Positions 50,940 through 60,307 of a stretch of 64,000 nucleotides of DNA are shown piece by piece; the first letter of the stretch is position 1; each line of letters starts with the position of its first letter. The notes under the pieces were generated by a model. It saw nothing but the letters and a program-made list of their open reading frames with translations, was not told the DNA's origin and did no database searches. Origin of the DNA: Spirochaetia bacterium (GTDB taxonomy: Bacteria > Spirochaetota > Spirochaetia > DSM-2461). The translations under genes and the position numbers were made by a program. Location: the NCBI GenBank assembly GCA_963666985.2, contig CAXXIA010000002.1:416001-480000 (forward strand). Reading direction: 5' to 3'.

Positions 50940-52526
50940 TTGAGTAAAGCGAACATCCTTGCGGTTGCCTCGGGTAAAGGCGGTGTCGGAAAAACCCTCA
51001 CTTCGGCGAACTTGGCGCTTGCGGCCGCCCGCGACGGCATCCCGGTCGCCCTGGTGGACGCCGATCCTTTATCGAACATCATGGCCCTTCTGGATTACGA
51101 GGTTCCCAAGCGGCCTCTGCCGAAAGAATTAACCGATCCCGAATCCCAGGCTTTTCGGGTGGCGCCCCGATTTGAAGTCTTCTTCCCTCAAGCCAAATCA
51201 TCACATGAAGAAGCGGCCGGACTCATCGGGGAGCTGATCGAACGGCACAGAGCCTGGCTGGATAACCGCTATGGTCTTGTTATTATCGACATGCCCGCGG
51301 GAGCCGGTCCGGAGGGAACGTTCTCCTACCTCTCCGAAGCGGACGCCCTCCTTTTGGTAACGAACCCGGAACCGACGGCCCATGTCGCCGCGGGCGCCCT
51401 TTTGCGGAACATCGGCGATGAATGGGGAAATCGTCCGATCTATCTCTGGCACAATAAGTACGAAGCCCGCCCCGAGGAGGATTTCGATCCGGACGATGTT
51501 ATCGGCAACTACAACCGAAACGTGCCCGAATCCGAACGGCTCGACATCCCTTCACCCACTCCGGTGGCGTTCATCCCGCCCGACCCGGCTCTGGATTTAA
51601 CGAAAGCCGATCCTCCCGTTACCGTGGATCTGCACCGCGCTCTTTCGAGCACTTTGGAAGCTTTGGCGGATGCCTCGCTTCCGCCCGTTCCCAAATCGGC
51701 CGGTTCGAAATCCGCGGCTCTTATCGGATACTTCATGAGAAAAACCGGAAATGACGGAAACCCCGAGGCCGTTCTGAACGAGCTGGAATCCTTCCTGAAA
51801 AAATCGGCCGGTTCAGCAGATTCTGCCGCTCCCAAAGGAATCGCCCCCCTCCCCGAAGCACTCCGCACCGATCTTCTCACATGGATTTCAGCCGCCGGGG
51901 ATTCGCCTGTCCGCAGACAGATTCTCAAGGCGAAAGAAGTACTCGACCTCTATATTGAAGAACTTGAAGCCCAAAGCGGAACTTTCGCATCGCCCAAAGC
52001 ATCCGTTTCCAAAAAGGCCGTCGACAGGGAAATCGTTCCATTGCTGAAGACTCTCTCCTGTCTTCCGAAGAACTCACCCCTACGAACTTTGTCGGGACTT
52101 CTTCTGTTCCGATACGCCCTTTTAAAGCTCTTCGCCAACGAATCCGCCCTGAAACTCGTCTCGACATTCCTGCCGCGCCGGGAAGAGGGCGGAACGCTTG
52201 TAAGGGACAGAAGGAAGCAGATCCTCCGGCTTATCGGCAAGGATGCGGCTTATCAGGAACGCTACTTCGCCCTGGTGAAAAAACTCTATCCGGTGGTGGG
52301 CCGTCAGCTGGATCATTTGGTATCCGCCTTCGACCTTCGCAGTCTGCTGTTCCGCAATAACGACGGATCACCCGCAAAAAGCGTTTACGCCAAACTCTTC
52401 AGCGCCACTCTGTACGAGATTCTCAACAGCGGTCTCGGCGTGGTGGCCGGATTTCGTTTCCGCCCCTCCTCAAGAGCCTTCCGGCAGGGGTATGAAACCA
52501 TCATGGGCCGACTGAGCCGGGATTGA
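50940..52526 (+). CDS. MinD/FlhG-like P-loop ATPase with a long unrecognised C-terminal extension
   Basis: Deviant Walker A SGKGGVGKT, LVDAD, IIDMPAG and VTNPEPTA motifs; about 300 additional residues. Confidence 0.8.
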   Translation: MSKANILAVASGKGGVGKTLTSANLALAAARDGIPVALVDADPLSNIMALLDYEVPKRPLPKELTDPESQAFRVAPRFEVFFPQAKSSHEEAAGLIGELIERHRAWLDNRYGLVIIDMPAGAGPEGTFSYLSEADALLLVTNPEPTAHVAAGALLRNIGDEWGNRPIYLWHNKYEARPEEDFDPDDVIGNYNRNVPESERLDIPSPTPVAFIPPDPALDLTKADPPVTVDLHRALSSTLEALADASLPPVPKSAGSKSAALIGYFMRKTGNDGNPEAVLNELESFLKKSAGSADSAAPKGIAPLPEALRTDLLTWISAAGDSPVRRQILKAKEVLDLYIEELEAQSGTFASPKASVSKKAVDREIVPLLKTLSCLPKNSPLRTLSGLLLFRYALLKLFANESALKLVSTFLPRREEGGTLVRDRRKQILRLIGKDAAYQERYFALVKKLYPVVGRQLDHLVSAFDLRSLLFRNNDGSPAKSVYAKLFSATLYEILNSGLGVVAGFRFRPSSRAFRQGYETIMGRLSRD

Positions 52527-52564
52527 CTGGCGTAAATACGCCTTATTTCAGTAAAATAAGCCCC

Positions 52565-53857
52565 ATGAATGTTACCGAACGCGCCCGCCGGGCCCGGGAT
52601 GCCGGCCGCCGTATCCTTTCTCAAAACGCCGAAGTCCGCACCGCGGCTCTGGCCTCAATCCGAAGAAATCTTGATAAACGCGCCGAAGAGATTTTCGCGG
52701 CCAATACGGCGGATCTGCAGCGATCCGCCGCCGAAGGTCTGGCCTCGCCGCTGATGAAAAGGCTGAAGTTCGACAGGCCGAAACTCGATCGGGTTCTGGA
52801 AGGCATCGCGGCTCTTGAAGCTTCGGAAGATCCCATGGGACGCATTCTGGAAAAGAGGGAACTGGATACGGGACTCATTCTCAGCCGCGTCGCCGGACCC
52901 ATAGGCGTTATCGGAATGATCTTCGAGTCACGGCCCGATGCCCTGGTTCAGATAGCGACGCTCTGCCTGCGTTCGGGCAACGCTGTTATCCTTAAAGGCG
53001 GCTCGGAAGCGCTGGAAACCAACCGCGTTCTCGCCGCCGTTATCGATGAAGCCTCCACCGATTCATCGCTTCCCGGCGGCGGGATTCCCGCAGGCTGGAT
53101 ACAGCTGGCCGAAACCCGGGAAGACGTGAAGGAAATGCTGGGTTTGGACGGTCTGATCGATCTTCTCATCCCCCGGGGCTCCAACGAATTCGTCGCGAAA
53201 ATCATGCGGGAATCATCCATTCCCGTCCTCGGTCACGCCGACGGTATCTGCCATGTTTATCTCGATGCGGCGGCCGATCCGGCAAAAGCCGTTCCCATCG
53301 TCGTGGATTCGAAAATGCAGTACATCGCCGTATGCAACGCGGCCGAAACCCTGCTGGTTCATGCAGCCGCCGCAGAAAAACTGCTCCCTCCGGTGAAAAA
53401 AGCTCTGGAAGAAGCGGGTTGTACCCTCAAAGGCTGCAAACGGACTCAAAAAATAATTGACGTTGCGCCGGCAACCGAGGAGGACTGGTCCACCGAATAT
53501 CTGGACGCGATTCTCTCCATAAAAATCGTGGACAGCCTTGAAGAGGCCGTGAATCACATCAATAAATACGGATCGGGGCACACCGACGCCATCGTTACCG
53601 AAGACGAAGAGGCGGCCGAGCACTTCCTGACCGGCGTGGACTCGGCGGATGTTTTTCATAACTGTTCCACGCGGTTCGCGGACGGATTCGTTTTCGGACT
53701 GGGTGCGGAAGTGGGCATTTCCACGTCGAAAATCCACGCCCGCGGTCCTGTAGGGGTAAACGGCCTTTTAAGCTACAGGTGGCGATTAAAAGGCGACGGA
53801 CACATCATCGCCGATTACAACGAAGGACGAAAATCCTTCACCCACAGAGATTTATAG
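52565..53857 (+). CDS. proA: gamma-glutamyl phosphate reductase
   Basis: PIGVIGMIFESRP, LIPRGS, CNAAETLLVH and GLGAEVGISTSKIHARGPVG motifs. Confidence 0.97.
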   Translation: MNVTERARRARDAGRRILSQNAEVRTAALASIRRNLDKRAEEIFAANTADLQRSAAEGLASPLMKRLKFDRPKLDRVLEGIAALEASEDPMGRILEKRELDTGLILSRVAGPIGVIGMIFESRPDALVQIATLCLRSGNAVILKGGSEALETNRVLAAVIDEASTDSSLPGGGIPAGWIQLAETREDVKEMLGLDGLIDLLIPRGSNEFVAKIMRESSIPVLGHADGICHVYLDAAADPAKAVPIVVDSKMQYIAVCNAAETLLVHAAAAEKLLPPVKKALEEAGCTLKGCKRTQKIIDVAPATEEDWSTEYLDAILSIKIVDSLEEAVNHINKYGSGHTDAIVTEDEEAAEHFLTGVDSADVFHNCSTRFADGFVFGLGAEVGISTSKIHARGPVGVNGLLSYRWRLKGDGHIIADYNEGRKSFTHRDL

Positions 53858-53861
53858 AATC

Positions 53862-54971
53862 GTGAGAGACTTCAGCGGCATCAGGCGCATTGTCGTCAAG
53901 GTCGGAACCAACGTTCTGGCCCCCGGAGGCGTTCCGGACGATGAACGGATTACAAAGCTGGCCGAAGACATGGCCGCTCTCCGAGACCGCGGCTACAGCC
54001 TTATTATCGTAACATCGGGGGCCATCGGCTTCGGGGCCGGTGCTCTCGGACTGGAAAGGCGCCCCAAAAAAGTGGAAATGCGCCAGGCCTGCGCCGCGGT
54101 GGGGCAGCCCATCCTTATGAACCGCTGGCAGACCGCGCTGAGCGCACATAACATCATCGCGGCGCAAATACTGCTGAGCCGTGAAATCTTCGACGACCGG
54201 CACGGCTTTTTAAACCTGAAGAACTCCGTGGAAAGCCTTTTATCCCTGGGCGCCGTGCCCGTTTTGAACGAAAACGACAGCGTTTCCACAGAGGAAATCG
54301 GCGATGTCTTCGGCGACAACGACTCCTTAAGCGCCCACATCGCCAGCAAACTCGACGCCGGACTGTTGGTTCTTTTAACCGATATCGACGCACTCTACGA
54401 TAAAGATCCGAGAACGCATGAAGACGCCGCGCCTCTTCACCTCGTGGATAAAGTCACGGATAAAATCAGAGCCGCGGCCGGGAACGCGGGAAGCGAGCAC
54501 TCCACCGGCGGAATGATTACGAAACTGCGCGCCGTCGAAGTGGCCTCCCGCGCCGGATGCCGTACCGTCTTGGCCGACGGCCGCCGGGACGGCGTGCTTA
54601 AGAGCATCATAGACGGTGAAAATGTCGGCACGCTGTTTCTCGCCGGCAAAAAGATGGGCGCCAGAGTCCGATGGATACTCAGCGTGCGCCCCAAGGGGAG
54701 CATCCTGGTCGACGAAGGAGCCCTCGCGGCGCTGAAGAAACGGAAAAGCCTTCTTCCGAAGGGCGTTACCGGCGTTGAAGGCGCTTTCAACGCCGGCGAT
54801 GTGGTCTGCATCGGAACCGAATACCAGGCCGTGGCGTCCATGAGCAGCGAGGAAATCCTCCGGGTGATGGGCCGCCATTCCCGTGATATCAAGACCTTAC
54901 TCGGCCCCGGACGTAAAGAAGAAATCGCGCGCGCCGAAGACATCGTACCAATTCCCCTGACGGATCAATAA
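53862..54971 (+). CDS. proB: glutamate 5-kinase with PUA domain
   Basis: RIVVKVGT, QACAAVGQ, NENDSVS..FGDNDSLSA and TGGMITK motifs; C-terminal PUA. Confidence 0.97.
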   Translation: MRDFSGIRRIVVKVGTNVLAPGGVPDDERITKLAEDMAALRDRGYSLIIVTSGAIGFGAGALGLERRPKKVEMRQACAAVGQPILMNRWQTALSAHNIIAAQILLSREIFDDRHGFLNLKNSVESLLSLGAVPVLNENDSVSTEEIGDVFGDNDSLSAHIASKLDAGLLVLLTDIDALYDKDPRTHEDAAPLHLVDKVTDKIRAAAGNAGSEHSTGGMITKLRAVEVASRAGCRTVLADGRRDGVLKSIIDGENVGTLFLAGKKMGARVRWILSVRPKGSILVDEGALAALKKRKSLLPKGVTGVEGAFNAGDVVCIGTEYQAVASMSSEEILRVMGRHSRDIKTLLGPGRKEEIARAEDIVPIPLTDQ

Positions 54972-54989
54972 CTCTCGCCTATACTTATA

Positions 54990-56501
54990 TTGATGTCTAC
55001 TATTAGCGAATCTCGGCAGGCTGTGGAGACCTCTTGGAAAGTTTTGATCGTCGATGATGAACCGCAGATCCATCTGATGACAAAAACGGTCTTGAGGAAT
55101 TTTCGTTTCGATGATAAACCGCTCCATTTTCTCAGCGCCTACAACAGCGAAGAAACGAAGAAAATATTGGCAGAGGAAAACGATATCGCACTGATTTTAC
55201 TGGATGTCGTCATGGAAACAGACGATGCCGGATTAAAGCTCGTTAAGTATATCAGAGAGAATTTGGAGAACTATCTGACGAGAATTATCCTGAGAACCGG
55301 CCAGCCCGGACAAGCTCCCGAACGTCAGGTTATAACCGATTATGAAATCAACGATTATAAGGAAAAAATCGATCTTACTTCCAGCCGGCTGTTCATCGCC
55401 ATCGTTAAGTCCTTAAAGAGCTATCAAACCTTAAAACAAATGCGTCAAATCAACGAAGAACTGGAACAATCCCGATTATGCTTTTCTCAACTCATCGAAG
55501 CATCCTCCAAACTCTTCGCTGTAAGAGACCTTGATACTTTTTACTCGGAACTCACCGCGCAGGTTCCGACATTATTGGGTCCCGTCGTGAACGCAATGGT
55601 TGCGGATATTCCAACCGGGAAAATCCTCGCCGCGGGCGGGAAATGGCGCGAAAAGACGGGACTTCACATGAATGAAGTCCTGAATCCCTCTCTTCTTAAA
55701 GAAATCGATTATCCGCAAGAACGGTCATTGGTTGGAAATGGCGATAAGCATTTCGTCTGCCGGTTCAATTCCGCCCGGGAGACGGATTACCGCCTCATCA
55801 TCGATGGTATTGAAGGATGCCCCGAAGACTCTGAGAAGCTGCTCGAAGTGTTCTGCGGAAACGCGAATATCGTATTCAGCAACCTGGTCCTTGAGGAAGA
55901 TGCCCTGGCAACGCAGAGTGAAATGATAGAACTCCTCGGCGACGTCGTAGAGAATCGGTCCCAGGAACTTCAGGGTCATGTCCACCGTGTCAGCGACTAC
56001 GCGGTGTTCCTGGCGCGAAAAGCGGGAATCCCGGAAGAGGACATTGTTATTCTGAAAAACGCCGTCCCCATGCACGATATCGGAAAAATCGGCATCGTCG
56101 ATTCGATTCTTCTCAAACCGGGGAAGCTTTCCGAAGAAGAATATGCGATAATGAAAACCCACACGACGATTGGGTATGAAATCTTAAAATTCTCGTCGTA
56201 TAAATTGTTCCAGATGGCGGCTATTATCGCCAGGGAACATCATGAACAATGGGACGGGAACGGATACCCCAGAGGACTTTCCGGAGAAGATATTCATATC
56301 CTGGGAAGAATAACCTGCCTCGTCGATGTGTTTGACGCCCTTACAAGCGATAGGGTGTATAGAAAAGCCTGGGGTTTCGAACGAACCATGGAGTATATAA
56401 GGGAAGGAAGGGGAAAGAACTTCGATCCCCATCTTGTCGATCTCTTTTTGGAAGATCCCGGGCCCATCAGGAAAATTATGATCCGATACAAGGACCAATA
56501 A
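54990..56501 (+). CDS. response regulator REC + DUF3369-like + HD-GYP phosphodiesterase
   Basis: WKVLIVDDE, IILRTGQPGQAPE, MHDIGK and HHEQWDGNGYP motifs. Confidence 0.93.
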   Translation: MMSTISESRQAVETSWKVLIVDDEPQIHLMTKTVLRNFRFDDKPLHFLSAYNSEETKKILAEENDIALILLDVVMETDDAGLKLVKYIRENLENYLTRIILRTGQPGQAPERQVITDYEINDYKEKIDLTSSRLFIAIVKSLKSYQTLKQMRQINEELEQSRLCFSQLIEASSKLFAVRDLDTFYSELTAQVPTLLGPVVNAMVADIPTGKILAAGGKWREKTGLHMNEVLNPSLLKEIDYPQERSLVGNGDKHFVCRFNSARETDYRLIIDGIEGCPEDSEKLLEVFCGNANIVFSNLVLEEDALATQSEMIELLGDVVENRSQELQGHVHRVSDYAVFLARKAGIPEEDIVILKNAVPMHDIGKIGIVDSILLKPGKLSEEEYAIMKTHTTIGYEILKFSSYKLFQMAAIIAREHHEQWDGNGYPRGLSGEDIHILGRITCLVDVFDALTSDRVYRKAWGFERTMEYIREGRGKNFDPHLVDLFLEDPGPIRKIMIRYKDQ

Positions 56502-56511
56502 GGCGGGGATT

Positions 56512-56736
56512 GTGGCGAAAAGTATCAATTTGGATAAAGCCGGACTCGTGGAAATTACCGGAGCCGGTTTAATCTTGGAAATCACGGAAGATGAGAAGAA
56601 CCGGGTTCTCGTACGGGTGGAATCCGAACTCGGCGGCCGGCGCATCATCATCAAACAGCATGAAGAAGACGCACGCTGTTTTGTTTTCAGCCTGGACAGT
56701 CCCGAGAGCGGTCCGAAACTTACCCTGGTGAAATAA
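56512..56736 (+). CDS. small hypothetical protein
   Basis: 74-aa ORF with GTG start, tightly packed between co-oriented genes. Confidence 0.6.
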   Translation: MAKSINLDKAGLVEITGAGLILEITEDEKNRVLVRVESELGGRRIIIKQHEEDARCFVFSLDSPESGPKLTLVK

Positions 56737-56779
56737 CCGGCGATGAAAAAAATCGATGCCCGAATATTAAGGATTCCGC

Positions 56780-57328
56780 ATGACTTGGCATAAAGGCCGC
56801 TTGGAAGCGCTCACCGGCGATATCACGACTCTGGAAGTCGACGCCATCGTCAATGCCGCGAACTCAAGCCTTCTGGGCGGAGGCGGAGTCGACGGCGCCA
56901 TACACAGAGTCGGCGGCCCTAAAATCATGGAGGAATGCCGACAAATACGTCAAAACGAGTATCCTCGCGGTCTGCCCACGGGGCAAGCGGTTATCACCGA
57001 CGCCGGGAACCTGCCCTGTAAATTCGTTATCCACACAGTCGGTCCCGTCTGGAACGGCGGGAACAGCGGTGAAGAAGAACTTCTTGCGGATGCTTACCGG
57101 AACTCTCTGGAAAGGGCCGCCGAAGTGGGAGCCCACACCCTCGCTTATCCGGCCATTTCAACCGGGGTTTACGGATATCCCGCGGATCAAGCGGCGAAGG
57201 TGGTGTGGAAAGTTCTTTCCGCACGTCTGATGCATCACCGTCTGCCCGAAAAAATCATCCTGATTTTCTTCAGCATCCAGGCTCTCTCCACCTTTCTTGA
57301 CGCCGTTCCTCCGCCTGAGGTTCCATAG
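56780..57328 (+). CDS. macro-domain O-acetyl-ADP-ribose deacetylase (YmdB-like)
   Basis: GDIT..VDAIVNAANSSLLGGGGVDGAIH, VIHTVGPVW and PAISTGVYGYP motifs. Confidence 0.95.
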   Translation: MTWHKGRLEALTGDITTLEVDAIVNAANSSLLGGGGVDGAIHRVGGPKIMEECRQIRQNEYPRGLPTGQAVITDAGNLPCKFVIHTVGPVWNGGNSGEEELLADAYRNSLERAAEVGAHTLAYPAISTGVYGYPADQAAKVVWKVLSARLMHHRLPEKIILIFFSIQALSTFLDAVPPPEVP

Positions 57329-57335
57329 AATTCAC

Positions 57336-58859
57336 ATGACTCCGACTCTTCTCAATTGGCGTGAAATCGATGCGATTATCGCCGAATGGCCCTCGGGAGT
57401 CTCATGGCTCAGGAGAATCCGTCAGCCGGACTTCCGCCGCGTCATCCTCGAATTTTCCAATGTAAAAACCGCATGGTCCGTCGTCGTGGTTCTCGCGCCG
57501 CCCTACCCCCGTGTTCATCTTTACAATCCCCTTAAGAAATTGCCCAAAGCGCTTCCGAAGCCCCCGCGATTCACGGCCGTACTCAAATCACGCCTGGAGG
57601 GCGCCGGACTGGAATCGGTCGGCCAGCTCAGGAATGATAGGATCGTTCGATTTCGGTTCGACAAAGGCGATTCGACTCTGTTCCTGGATGCCAAGCTTTG
57701 GGGAAACAGTGCCAATCTCATCCTTTCCGATGCCGACGGCCGCATCATCGACGCCTTCTCCCGCCGGCCGAAACGCGGCGAGACTCCGGGAGAGAAATGG
57801 CCGCCCGAAGGCATCGGGCCATCCGCCAAGGGCCATAAGGCATCGGACGAAGAAGCGGTCGAGACCCGCAGCTTCGCTTTAAGGATTTTGCCCGACGGCA
57901 CGGCCGCTCCGGACCCTCCGGCGGAATCTCGAAACTACGCTTTAAGGATTTTACCCGGTGAAGGCAATTGGAACGCCCGCGTGGAAGCGTACTTCACGGC
58001 TCTGGAAGCGCAAGCCGACAGCAAGCGGCGAATCGGTCTCTGGGAAACCCACCTCAACCGGAGGGAAGTGGCCTTGGACGCCAGGAAACGCGCCATCGGC
58101 AAGAATGAATCACGGTTCGGCAGAGAACTCGAGAACGGCCGATGGGGCGATATTCTGATGGCGCATCTCCATGAGATTCCTGTCGGCGCGAATGTTCTGG
58201 AAGCAGAGGACTGGGAAGGGGGCGGAACGGTCAGGATTCCCCTGGACGCGTCATTGGGAGCCAAAGAAAACGCCGAGCGGTACTATGAGCGCCGCAAAAA
58301 GGCGGTACGCGCGCTGGAACGACTGGAAGAAGATCGCCGGGTTTTGGAACGGACAAGGGCGGTCTTAACGGATCTGCGCCGCCGTCTCGAAGAAGGCGAC
58401 ACGGACGCTCCTCCCTTCGATGCCGATCCTCCCGAGGGGAAGCACGGAAGGACGGCCGCGAAAACGTCCCTTCCCGGTCTCTGGATCAGGAAAAGCGATC
58501 ATATCATCGTCGTAGGCCGCGGCGCCGTCGAAAGCGACACACTGCTCCGACGCTGGGCCCGGGGCAACGATCTCTGGCTCCATGCCCGCGACTTTCCCGG
58601 AGGCCATGTTTTTGTCCGCTCTCCCCGCGGCAGAAGCGTTCCGCTGGAGGTGCTTTTGGACGCCGGCAATCTCGCCCTCTCTTACAGTAAGGGAAAAAAT
58701 TCGGGCGAAGCGGATCTCTATTATACTCAAGTTAAGAACCTGCGCCGCGCGAAGGGACGCGGAACGGGAACCGTTCTGCCCACCCGGGAAAAGAACCTTC
58801 GGGTTAAACTGGATTCGGCCCGGCTTGAAGCTCTCAAGGCTCTGGCGGAAACGGGCTGA
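57336..58859 (+). CDS. rqcH: NFACT family ribosome quality-control protein (RqcH/FbpA-like)
   Basis: DRIV and NLILSD in NFACT-N; IPLD...ENAERYY; LWLHARDFPGGHV (NFACT-R); YTQVKNL. Confidence 0.85.
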   Translation: MTPTLLNWREIDAIIAEWPSGVSWLRRIRQPDFRRVILEFSNVKTAWSVVVVLAPPYPRVHLYNPLKKLPKALPKPPRFTAVLKSRLEGAGLESVGQLRNDRIVRFRFDKGDSTLFLDAKLWGNSANLILSDADGRIIDAFSRRPKRGETPGEKWPPEGIGPSAKGHKASDEEAVETRSFALRILPDGTAAPDPPAESRNYALRILPGEGNWNARVEAYFTALEAQADSKRRIGLWETHLNRREVALDARKRAIGKNESRFGRELENGRWGDILMAHLHEIPVGANVLEAEDWEGGGTVRIPLDASLGAKENAERYYERRKKAVRALERLEEDRRVLERTRAVLTDLRRRLEEGDTDAPPFDADPPEGKHGRTAAKTSLPGLWIRKSDHIIVVGRGAVESDTLLRRWARGNDLWLHARDFPGGHVFVRSPRGRSVPLEVLLDAGNLALSYSKGKNSGEADLYYTQVKNLRRAKGRGTGTVLPTREKNLRVKLDSARLEALKALAETG

Positions 58860-58877
58860 AATGCGGGCGCATGGCCG

Positions 58878-60038
58878 CTACTTAATTGAAACCACAGCAA
58901 TTGTTACATCATCAGAATACTTATTTTCGGAATGATATTTTTTAAAATTCTCAAAGATAACCTCGGTCGTTAAGGGTAAAGAAAGGAGTCTCTCAAATTG
59001 TCTTTTTATTTCCATATCATCTACCATTTTACCCTTTTCTGCGATCTCAATGAGTCCGTCTGTAAAAAGAACTATTTTATCACCGCTTTGTAATTTAAGA
59101 GTCTTTTCCGTATAAACAATCTCTCTTCTAAAACCTATCACCGGATTACTCTGTAAAGAACTATAACATTTCCCATTCCTTAGAATATAAATGGGAAGAT
59201 TACCTGCTCCGGCAACACTTATTCTTTTATCGTTCTTTCTGATCAATACAACAGTAAATGTTACAAAGATATTATTTTTATCTCCAAGAGCATCACAAAG
59301 TCTTTTATTGATTAAAGTTAAAAATTCCGAGACTGAGAACCTGCTCATCTCTCGAAGTATTGTTGTTGTAATAATTTTAAGCATGGCGGTAACAAAAGCC
59401 GGCGTTATACCATGACCAGAAACATCACCCAAGAGTAAAAGCTGATAATATCGATTCAAATTCACCAAATCATAATAGTCACCGCCGCAATGATAATCAG
59501 AGAGCGGTTCATATTTAAAATCAACAGAAATTTCATCGGAAGGGCTTCTCAAGGGTTTGAGTATTTGTTTTTGAAATTCTCCCGCAAACTCAAGCTGCTT
59601 TTGCACTCTCTTCTGCAAATTTGAATTATCACACCTCATTTTATATAGCTTTTGGGCTTTTTTAATCTCCGACAAGATTTCTTCCGAGGACCAAGGTTTA
59701 AAAATCAAAGCTTGGATTTCCGCCGTTATAGCTTTTTGAATTTCCGGTAAATCGGAATACGCCGTAAGAAGGATTAGAAGAATCTTGGGAAATAATTCAT
59801 GAATATAAAGTAAAAAATCACTCCCCGTTAAATTAGGAGCCGGCATACGCAAGTCCGTAATAAGTAAGAATACTTTATCGGAATTTTTTATTATAAATTC
59901 CATTGCCTCGGAAGTTGCTTCAAAAACCTTTACGCAAATGGGTTCATCAAGTGGTGCAATTTCAAGTTCCCATTGCAAAGATCGAAGAATCTGAGGCTCA
60001 TCATCAACAATAACAATAATCTTTTCGCTATATTCCAT
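58878..60038 (-). CDS. response regulator receiver + PP2C/SpoIIE (RsbU-like) phosphatase
   Basis: IVDDE...ITDLRMP receiver; CGGDYYD, GDVSGHG, FTDGL and DDVT phosphatase motifs. Confidence 0.93.
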   Translation of the reverse strand: MEYSEKIIVIVDDEPQILRSLQWELEIAPLDEPICVKVFEATSEAMEFIIKNSDKVFLLITDLRMPAPNLTGSDFLLYIHELFPKILLILLTAYSDLPEIQKAITAEIQALIFKPWSSEEILSEIKKAQKLYKMRCDNSNLQKRVQKQLEFAGEFQKQILKPLRSPSDEISVDFKYEPLSDYHCGGDYYDLVNLNRYYQLLLLGDVSGHGITPAFVTAMLKIITTTILREMSRFSVSEFLTLINKRLCDALGDKNNIFVTFTVVLIRKNDKRISVAGAGNLPIYILRNGKCYSSLQSNPVIGFRREIVYTEKTLKLQSGDKIVLFTDGLIEIAEKGKMVDDMEIKRQFERLLSLPLTTEVIFENFKKYHSENKYSDDVTIAVVSIK

Positions 60039-60307
60039 TAAAAGAATACCACCTAAAAATCAAGTATCAACTTTTAAGAATTTATTGTTATTATAAATAT
60101 AAGGTATATATTAACACTATTTAACATATTAGGCAATTAACCCAATTAGATAAGCCTAAAGGATTCAAATGGAAACATAAGTTTTGCTGAATTACATCCT
60201 TTTTTACAGGCATATTCAAGCCATAAACCACAAGAGTGTTGAATATCATCAATATGACTGATAACGCAAAGATCGCTACGAAAAGGAGATTTTCTTAAAG
60301 TTTATTA

